In this document: one piece after another, positions 38,577-47,019 of the stretch
Layout of the letters: each line of letters starts with the position of its first letter
Position numbering within the stretch: position 1 is the stretch's first letter
From: Podarcis liolepis
Lineage: Eukaryota
Length of the DNA: 64,000 nucleotides
NCBI GenBank assembly: GCA_965112155.1
Contig: OZ218100.1
Direction: 5' to 3' (one strand)
Notes under the pieces: generated by a model
What the model was told of the DNA's origin: nothing
Seen by the model: only the letters and a program-made list of their open reading frames with translations
Databases searched by the model: none
Program-made: the position numbers and the translations under genes

Positions 38577-39151
38577 GTTTAGCAGCCGTACGCATATGGA
38601 TGGTGGGGCACAGTATCGTACATTGGGCCGGCGTTGGAGCCAGGCAGCTCAGATTGGGACCAGGTCTTGGCCTTCCTCCTCACGTGCACGTATCTTGGCT
38701 GGCCAGAAGGGGAATGTCCTGGACAGAGTTTCTGCCACTGATTCGTAGGCAGCTGGCTGAGAAAGGGTCGCCCACGGCCATCGTGGTGCAGCTGGGTGAG
38801 AATGACCTGGTTTCTATGGACTGTGCTTCGTTACGTGCAGCTATCCTGGGTGATCTTGAAGTGCTGCGAGCAATGGTGCCGGCAGCAAAAATTTTCTGGT
38901 CAAAGCTTTTGCAAAGGCGCAGTTGGAGAGGCAGTCGTTGCCCAACTGCCACCGAAAGGGCTAGGAAGCGGATCAATTCGGCGGTCTCAAAAAAGGTTTT
39001 TGAGTTGGGAGGTGACGTGATTTCCCATCCTGAGATTCTGGCCAGGGATGAATCACTTTTCAGAGATGATGGGGTGCATCTTTCAGCTTTAGGGAACAAG
39101 GCGTGGCTGGGTGCTGTGGTGGCTAAGCTAAGGTCTTGGCTGGGTTTGTGA
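38577..39151 (+). CDS. Ngaro ORF4, SGNH/GDSL hydrolase (esterase), probably entered through a splice acceptor at 38576/38577
   Basis: Block I WMVGHSI, block II RRG, block III QLGEND, block V DGVH; open to TGA at 39149-39151; no AUG upstream of the block I strand. Confidence 0.85.
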
Positions 39152-39179
39152 GTGGTTTGGCGGCGAGCGTAGGGCTCCA

Positions 39180-39605
39180 TTGGCGGTTAGGCATTGGTTA
39201 AAATTGGTTGGTCGAGGGGTAAGTGCCTACCCCTCCAATGGTGGTGTGAAAAAGGGAATTCCGTTAAAGGAATCCAGGGGCTTGCCATTCATTCGTCCTT
39301 GTCCCCGGAGTCGGACCTGGGCCGTGCAAGCCCCACAGGAACATGAGGGTGAGAGGTGTGGGACTGTTACCCAGCTTCACCTTCTCACCCAATACTTGTT
39401 TCCCAGGCTGGCTTCCGCTGGAATCCGGAAGGCCAGCCCTGTCCATGGGCGAGGACAGATAGTCATAACCAATGCCTAAGCAACCACTCACGTATTTGTA
39501 TTTTAATAAAGTTGTGGCCAAAATCATGCCAAAAACCTTAAACAAAATTAACGTGTGAAGTGTGAATTATTTGGTGAGGGTGGCTTTGTGGGACTCAACA
39601 CGCAA
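39180..39605 (+). repeat. Split direct repeat B1 (426 bp)
   Basis: Identical by eye to 39994-40419 (offset 814). Confidence 0.97.
39505..39510 (+). terminator. Polyadenylation signal AATAAA in B1; second copy at 40319-40324 in B2
   Basis: AATAAAGTTGTGGCCAAA is conserved in all four B copies and followed by a GT-rich tract. Confidence 0.6.
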
Positions 39606-39820
39606 GGCGTGTTCTCCTTCAAAATGAGAGCACGTGTTGCGGTTGGGAGAATACAAGCCACCCTGCTGTTACTAGGCAGTTTTGGATAAAGGCAGAATCC
39701 TTAAAGGGTTAATTGAGTTACTGGGGAGTTTAGCACGTTGCCAATTTCTGGAGGAGGGCAGAGGCTATAAATACAGGTCGCTTACGTCAGGGCGTCCTCT
39801 TGGCCTCTGCATCGGATCAC
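39606..39820 (+). repeat. Split direct repeat A2
   Basis: Copy of 33135-33349. Confidence 0.97.
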
Positions 39821-39993
39821 CCGCCCACCCTCCCTTTTATAAGGGGGGGTTTCTGGTTATTTGACCTTGCTATGCCTGTCATGGGGTCGTCCGCCTTGGT
39901 GCGGGGGCCTGGTAGGAATTTACCATTTGGCTGATTGGCTGGTGCCATTTGGGTTTCGCCTACTGCGTAGCAAATAAGTCACAACTTGTAAGG

Positions 39994-40419
39994 TTGGCGG
40001 TTAGGCATTGGTTAAAATTGGTTGGTCGAGGGGTAAGTGCCTACCCCTCCAATGGTGGTGTGAAAAAGGGAATTCCGTTAAAGGAATCCAGGGGCTTGCC
40101 ATTCATTCGTCCTTGTCCCCGGAGTCGGACCTGGGCCGTGCAAGCCCCACAGGAACATGAGGGTGAGAGGTGTGGGACTGTTACCCAGCTTCACCTTCTC
40201 ACCCAATACTTGTTTCCCAGGCTGGCTTCCGCTGGAATCCGGAAGGCCAGCCCTGTCCATGGGCGAGGACAGATAGTCATAACCAATGCCTAAGCAACCA
40301 CTCACGTATTTGTATTTTAATAAAGTTGTGGCCAAAATCATGCCAAAAACCTTAAACAAAATTAACGTGTGAAGTGTGAATTATTTGGTGAGGGTGGCTT
40401 TGTGGGACTCAACACGCAA
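39994..40419 (+). repeat. Split direct repeat B2
   Basis: Copy of 39180-39605. Confidence 0.97.
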
Positions 40420-40720
40420 CTACCCATTTGTGAAACACCCTCCCTGGTGCAATGCATCTGTTTCCCTCATTATTAACTTTTAGGACACATAAACACATTT
40501 CTGTTCACGTAAGCATTTGACGTATGAAAGGGATGCTTCTTGGCAACTTTGCAATTATTAGCTATGAAGGTATTTTGACAGTTTCATATGTTTTTAGATA
40601 GTCTTAGCGTTTTTAAGATGATTTTAAATTTTAAATTTTCAATTCTGCTGTTTTACCCTTTTGCTGTTTGCCACCCTTGGCTCCTTTGAGAGGAAGGGTG
40701 GAATAGAAATTTTAATTATA
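40420..40720 (+). mobile_element. Old L2-type 3' fragment interrupted by the Ngaro insertion; left part at ~33100-33134
   Basis: Joining the flanks gives GGCCTTCTTGGTGGCAG|CTACCCATTTGTGAAACACCCTCCC, resembling the L2-type motif at ~29940. Confidence 0.6.
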
Positions 40721-40796
40721 TAATGCTGATGCATAGAACTACACTGTAAGTCCATCATAATGAATAATGAACATTAACTGCAATTGTGCTACATGT

Positions 40797-40797
<1 letters not shown>

Positions 40798-40846
<49 letters not shown>

Positions 40847-40890
40847 CCCACCCATCTGGCTGAGTTTCCCCAGCTACTCTGGGCGGCTAT
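40798..40890 (-). repeat. (AAT)n microsatellite plus inverted L2-type 3' tip
   Basis: AAT run followed by ACCCCACCCATCTGGCTG...CTCTGGGCGGCT. Confidence 0.8.
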
Positions 40891-41096
40891 TAAAATACAG
40901 TAGTCTGTTCAGTTGCAATCCTTTTTAGTGCAGAAGGGTGCAATAACCTGTTTGTTTTTTTAAGGGTCTGAATGAGCACTGGCATATCTATCTCTACCTG
41001 CCTATATATACCTGCATATATCTGTAGCTATACTCATGCACACATATATATTCAAAATATGCATTTCTTACTGTGTTTTGTACGTGCACACACATT

Positions 41097-41437
41097 AAAG
41101 TTAAAGGGACCCCTAACCATTAGGTCCAGTCGTGACCGACTCTGGGATTGCGGCGCTCGTCTCGCTTTATTGGCCGAGGGAGCCAGTGTACAGCTTCCGG
41201 GTCATGTGGCCAGCATGACTAAACTGCTTCTGGCGAACCAGAGCAGTGCACGGAAACGCCATTTACCTACCCGCTAGAGCGGTACCTATTTATCTACTTG
41301 CACTTTGACGTGCTTTCAAACTGCTAGGTTGGCAGGAGCAGGGACCGAGCAACAGGAGCTCACCCAGTCGCAGGGATTCGAACCGCCGACCTTCTGATCA
41401 GCAAGTCCTAGGCTCTGTGGTTTAACCCACAGCGCCA
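41097..41437 (-). mobile_element. Sauria SINE
   Basis: Closely similar to 5954-6303 over its full length. Confidence 0.92.
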
Positions 41438-44400
41438 TACAGTTTTAAATATATTTTTATCTGTTTCTCAGGCTGTTGCTGTGCTGTAACACAGAAGCTT
41501 CAGAAGAGCTCCATTCCTAATGAATTTTGCAAGTCTCTATAAGTACAAAGGGCTTGGGCAGGTTCACATGTAAGAAGATGGTTTCCTGGCCATCATATCT
41601 TCATTTCACAATGAGCTCTTTCTACTTTATCCTTTTTAACATAGAGATTTGCACCTTAAATGATGATGGCTATTAAAATAATCTGCTCTTCTGTACATCT
41701 CATGCTAAACTGGCAGAGATATGCTGAGGACACCTGTTCAAGATTAAGCTCTTAGACAGAAGCCCACAGAAGTCACAGAGGTAGTGCCCATATATAGAAG
41801 TGTGCAGAGGTTCACTTTGTTTGGCAAACACACAGATCCACAAGCTTCATCTCCGGCAGCATGCATATATCTAGAAAAGGCAGAGGGCAAATAAACTTCA
41901 ATGCCCTGGTCAGATGCAAGCTTGCCAAAAAGAACCCCAATGTTTTACTTAATGTAATTGGATTTAATGTTGCACCAATTCCATAACAGAGATTTCCTAC
42001 TTATATGCATAACATGAAAATCCTTTAAATATAAATAAAGTTAATGTGAAATGTAAGCATATATATCTGTACAAATAAAATATGAGGTACAAGTACATTA
42101 AGTATATATTAGGGCTGCACACTAATCACAAAATTCATGTTGTATTGTAGCACTGGAAGCAACCTGATCTGTTCTCTCTTTCCAATTTGCCTTGTTGTTT
42201 AGGTTTCATTCCAATATGTTAAATTCAAAGCTCTATTGCTACCACCACTACTGACTATAATGGGGAATTTAAAAAAGGGTGTGTCATCTTCTTTCCCCCC
42301 CTTTGCACAGAAGTGGATGGAATTTGCAAGCAAAGGTGCCCCTTCACAGTGGGTTTACCTTGCCACGTTGCAGGTAGATTAATCCAGATGAGTTTGTGCA
42401 GGAAACCTTGAATATTCTTTTCAAATAAACAAAAAGCAAGTCACTAATTGGAATTGATGTAGTTTGCAAGCATGGCTGTCCCTTCTAAGGTGATGAAGCC
42501 TGTCATCCTTCAGAACGATAGGTGTAAGCAGTTGTCCCACAAGGGAAGATGTTACCATTTGAGGGGGAGTTAAATAGAAATTGCTTAACCTCCCCTTGCT
42601 TGCTAGGAAATAGAAAGTGATTGGGAAGGATACAAGCCTCCCCTAACCCTCCCCTAAATCACTGTGATTGGAATGCCCTGAGAAAATAATCACTATGATT
42701 AAAACCTAGACCTGTCTATCAAAATGAAAGATTTCCCTATCTCTCCCCTATCTAAGCGAGCACAGAGTATTTCCCTAGCTAGTTTGGTTTCAATTTTAAA
42801 TGAATGAATGAATGAATGAAGCAGTCTGTCTGTTTTTAAGGACAAAATGTAATATTTGTGGGGGGGGGACTGAATCCACAAAGCAACTTGGAACCTTAGG
42901 GAGTCCCTGATCCAACTCAGGGTGCCTTGTTGATGGCACAAGCTGCCTGGGACATGTGAAAACTAGAGCCAAATTGCCCCTGTTCACTGCATAATTCACC
43001 TTGCACAGGGAGCCAATGCACACCTCTAATATATGCACAGCAGAATCCACTCTGAATGGCACCTTAGTAGTGCAAGCTTATGGAAGCTTTCTTAGAAGAC
43101 TGCACTTAATGGGCCTTACTTCCTAGTAAGGAATTAGGATTTAGGACTGCATTCTAAGTGTTCTGAAACATTCTATGGAATTCTAGCACAACAATATTAT
43201 TCAGTGTAACAATAACACTAAAAAAGAAGCTTCTAATCCTAAATGCCCACAAGCAGATTTGCCTTCCTCCTGCATGTTGCAATATTCAGGTGACACTTGG
43301 ACCTTCCTTCCCTGAGTATTGTGGTCCTGTTGAAAGTTTCATATCCATCAGTAGATATAATTCCAAGAAGGAAACTATGCATTTTGTGTCATTTGCCATT
43401 GAGAAGCAGTTCTACAGGGACTTTCAACCAACTGCTAATCCTTTATTTGTTTATTTTGACATTTCAAGGGTGCCATTCAGGGCAAAGCCTTCACAAGGCA
43501 GCTTCCATAAAACAGAAAACTGAAATTTACAGCTGGGGGGGGGGGAGAAAATGGAGAGAAGCTGCAACTGACAGATTTATTCCCTTTGGTTGTTAGGCAG
43601 CCACTGGCAGGCCACAAAACATGCTGGCAGGCCTAAGCTGGCAGGGGGCCCCACCAGGAACCTGCTGGACTTACACTGTCATGTCAAGAGTGCCATGTGC
43701 CTTCAAGCCAGCCGGTGACTTAATGGGTAACAGGCCAGTCCCTGTCTGTATACCCTGCAAAGCTTCAATAGTAAAATCTGGACCTGCGCCACTGCGTACT
43801 AGCATGTAACTTCAGATCAGGTTAGGTGCAAGCATCATGGTGGCACATCTCATGAGCAAGACTCCTGCGCCAGGCCTTAGACAAGCTCTGCACAGGTCTG
43901 CCTGATGGGCTATGTTCAGTTTGGTTGCATGAGAAGTTGTGCTGGCCTGCTTTCTAGCAGCTCCCCATTTTTATCATGTTGTTTTTTTTAATGTCTCCAT
44001 CTCTAAAGAGGGTCATGTTTTGTGCGTGGGCTTCTTGTGGTCAGGAGCGAGCAAAAGTTGAAAGGGATGTTGAAATTGAAAATAACTGTTCGCTGCAGAG
44101 GCTTGTAAGCAGAGCCATTTCCACAGAGATAAGATCTAGCTTTTCAATTTGCAAAAAGTAAAACAATATAAAAATGTTTCATTTTAATGTGCTCCATGTG
44201 TCACTGATGAACAAAATATAATAGGTTTTTCTACATGGGTTTATAAAAACATCCAGAGGCTCAGATGCTTCATAATATCCAGGTTTCTGAAAATATATTG
44301 TAGGTTAGGAGGATTAATTCAACCACTTATCACAGCAATTGACAACAATCTGAAATAGCATTTGAAGTAACAAAAACATTCTTATTACAGCTATCTCATA

Positions 44401-45186
44401 TTCTGTGTGTCAGAGAGCCAAGTCTGCAGTATCTTGATTTATGCACTAAATGGCAAAGCATTGTATACCAAAGCTGCTCTTTTCTATTGTTGCAGCTTCA
44501 GGAGCACGCAATAGGTAATCTCACCAGTGTTTCGGTTCCATTTTAAGTGTTTTAATTATGTCTAATTTTAGTTGCACAAACAACTGATTGTTATTACAAA
44601 AAGATAATATGCTAAAATGTGAAGTGACTCCCTTTCAGTGTGCTTAAACAAGAAGTGAAGTGGGTAAGTGTGGTGATGTTGGTTTTGCTAGTGCTGGGAA
44701 GAGGTCAGAACAAGGTTACAGCCCTATAGCTTCATATATCAGCATTTTTCTGCCGGTAGCTTCAATACCAGAGGTTCCCTACTCTTCTGTGAAAATTAGT
44801 GGTGAACGTGATTCATGTGCATCTTTAAAGTAACATGGGAAATAGCCAAAGAAAAGGAGAAGAGAGAGAAATATATGAAAGAAGACTTGAGACTGAATGC
44901 GTCAGCTGTTTCTGCACTTAGTGGCCCAGTTTTGACGTGGTGTTAAACCATCGTTAAAAATAAGCTATTGTTCAAAGTGAAGAAGCTGCTCAAAAGCTTC
45001 TGCTCTTATGTACTCTGCTCTTATGTTATGGGCACATCAGGGAGTAAACAGCCTCAAGTTGGCTTCACCTCACTTGCAAATTAGTACTTGATTTCTGCTC
45101 ATGGTTGCTTTGGTAAGAAACAAACTATGGGTGGAATTCAATGTCACACCTTCCAATCCCCAAGGGTGGTAGTCAAATACATTTTA

Positions 45187-45428
45187 CAGTGGTACCTCGG
45201 GTTACATACGCTTCAGGTTACATATGCTTCAGGTTACAGACTCTGCTAACCCAGAAATAGTGCTTCAGGTTAAGAACTTTGCTTCAGGATGAGAACAGAA
45301 ATTGTGCTCTGGCGGCGCGGCGGCAGCAGGAGGCCCCATTAGCTAAAGTGGTGCTTCAGGTTAAGAACATTTTCAGGTTAAGAACGGACCTCCAGAATTA
45401 ATTAAGTACTTAACCTGAGGTACCACTG
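45187..45428. mobile_element. Tc1/mariner-pogo-type MITE
   Basis: TA-CAGTGGTACCTC...GAGGTACCACTG-TA; same family as 10782-11012. Confidence 0.9.
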
Positions 45429-46652
45429 TACTCAGAACAGACCCAGTGAAATAAAAGAACAAGCCTAAGGTTCAATAAGTCTACTATGAACAAAAGGTAG
45501 TCAAATTACACCCTATGAGTGCCGTTTCACAGTTAACATGAAGCTGTTAACATGAAAATGTGTGTAGGCCTGTACTGCAAGATTTTCAATTTGAGAAGCC
45601 TTCTGAAAAGCAACAGAGAAATAAAATAAATAAAATAAGTTAAGGTTGAGTCACATACCACTCTCTGACTTATCATGTGATGACTCACAGACAAAACACA
45701 ATGAAATGAAGTGTCTTGGAAGTAATGAGGAGCAATGTAAAAATGGAGCTTGTGTTTCCTCATAGCTAAGTCATCACTTGCTTGGTGTTGAAGTTGACAA
45801 GACACAAATGCATGTGTGAATTCACCTTGGGAGGGATGGTGGATAGATCATTAGCCTTTTGCAAGCAGATTACATGAATGGTTTGTCCTCAATACTTTAA
45901 TTTTCTCTGCTGGATTCTGAAATAGTTCAAGATTTTTAGCAGCAGAAGACTCCTGCATCCCCTGTTCTTCATATAAACATCCCATCTTTTTTTTTTTTTT
46001 AATTGAATTTATATACCGCCTTATACCTGATGGTCTCAGGGCGGCTCTCAGAAAAGAGTTTCCTAAACACTGTGTATATATAGCAGCCTTTTTCAACGTG
46101 CATGGTGCCCTCCAGGTGTTTGGACTACAACTTCACCATCCTTGATCTTTGGCCATGCTGCCTGAGGGTGATATTAATTATAGTCCAAAACACCTGAGGG
46201 GAATGAGGTTGGAGCAGGCTGGTCTATACAAACACACACAAACTAAAAACAGCTTTCATATTGCATTTATCAGCTGAAGCCAAGGTATGAGGTAGCTCAT
46301 ACAAACAAGTGTTTTGCAGGTAAAAAACTGCCTTGTCATAGGACAATGCTTTTTTGTGTGTGCAGGGGGTGGTTCCTTCCCAAAGTTCCATGTATTTAAT
46401 TTAGTATTTTAAGAGAGAGAGGAAAGTAGCTTTGATCACTGTTGACCAGAAGGATTTTGACTTATTAACAAATGCTTATTACTACCAGGTGCCATCAATT
46501 CAGTCCTAGTGTTGGCGTATGCCATGTGCCAAATGCGTGCAGCTCCCTAAGCATGTAGGTTCATGGCAGTGCAGTTTCATGCTGGAAGAAATTCAGTCAG
46601 ACTCCAACTTTGCAGTCAGTTCAGTCCAAAGCATTAAGGCAATTTCACTATA

Positions 46653-46876
46653 CAGTGGAACCTCGGTTGTCGAACATAATCCGTTCTGGAAGACCGTTCA
46701 ACTTCTGAAATGTTCAATAACCAAGGCTCAATAGATGGTCGCCAAAATCCATTGAAAAAATGGAGAAACATGCCTCAGAGGCACATTCAAAAATGGAAGC
46801 ATTCACTTCCGGGTTGTTGGCATTTGGGTTCCAAATTGTTTGGCTTCCGAAGCGTTCAACAACCGGGGTTCCACTG
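46653..46876. mobile_element. Tc1/mariner-pogo-type MITE
   Basis: TA-CAGTGGAACCTCGGTTGT...ACAACCGGGGTTCCACTG-TA. Confidence 0.85.
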
Positions 46877-46883
46877 TATACAC

Positions 46884-47019
46884 CAGGCTTCCTCAAACTC
46901 GGTCCTCCAGATGTTTTGAGACTACAATTCCCAACATCCCTGACCACTGGTCCTGCTAGCTAGGGATCATGGGAGTTGTAGGCCAAAAACATGTGGAAGG
47001 CCAAGTTTGAGGAAGCCTG
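46884..47019. mobile_element. hAT-type MITE
   Basis: 16-bp TIR CAGGCTTCCTCAAACT / AGTTTGAGGAAGCCTG; flanking 8-mers GTATACAC / GTATACAG. Confidence 0.85.

Larger units (their letters stand above)
33135..40419 (+). mobile_element. Full-length Ngaro-type (DIRS-order) tyrosine-recombinase retrotransposon with split direct repeats
   Basis: Layout A1(33135-33349)...ORFs...B1(39180-39605)-A2(39606-39820)-C(39821-39993)-B2(39994-40419). Gag, RT/RNase H, YR and SGNH ORFs are all open. No TSD and no methyltransferase domain seen. Confidence 0.96.

Noticed and set aside
39821-39993. Hammerhead or HDV ribozyme assignment for spacer C
   Set aside because: Core motifs (CUGAUGA...GAAA; HDV nested double pseudoknot) are not present, so it is kept as an unassigned motif.
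39180-40359. Duplicated 61-114 aa ORFs in B1/B2
   Set aside because: Frames are not preserved in the solo copies; substitutions follow base pairing rather than codons.
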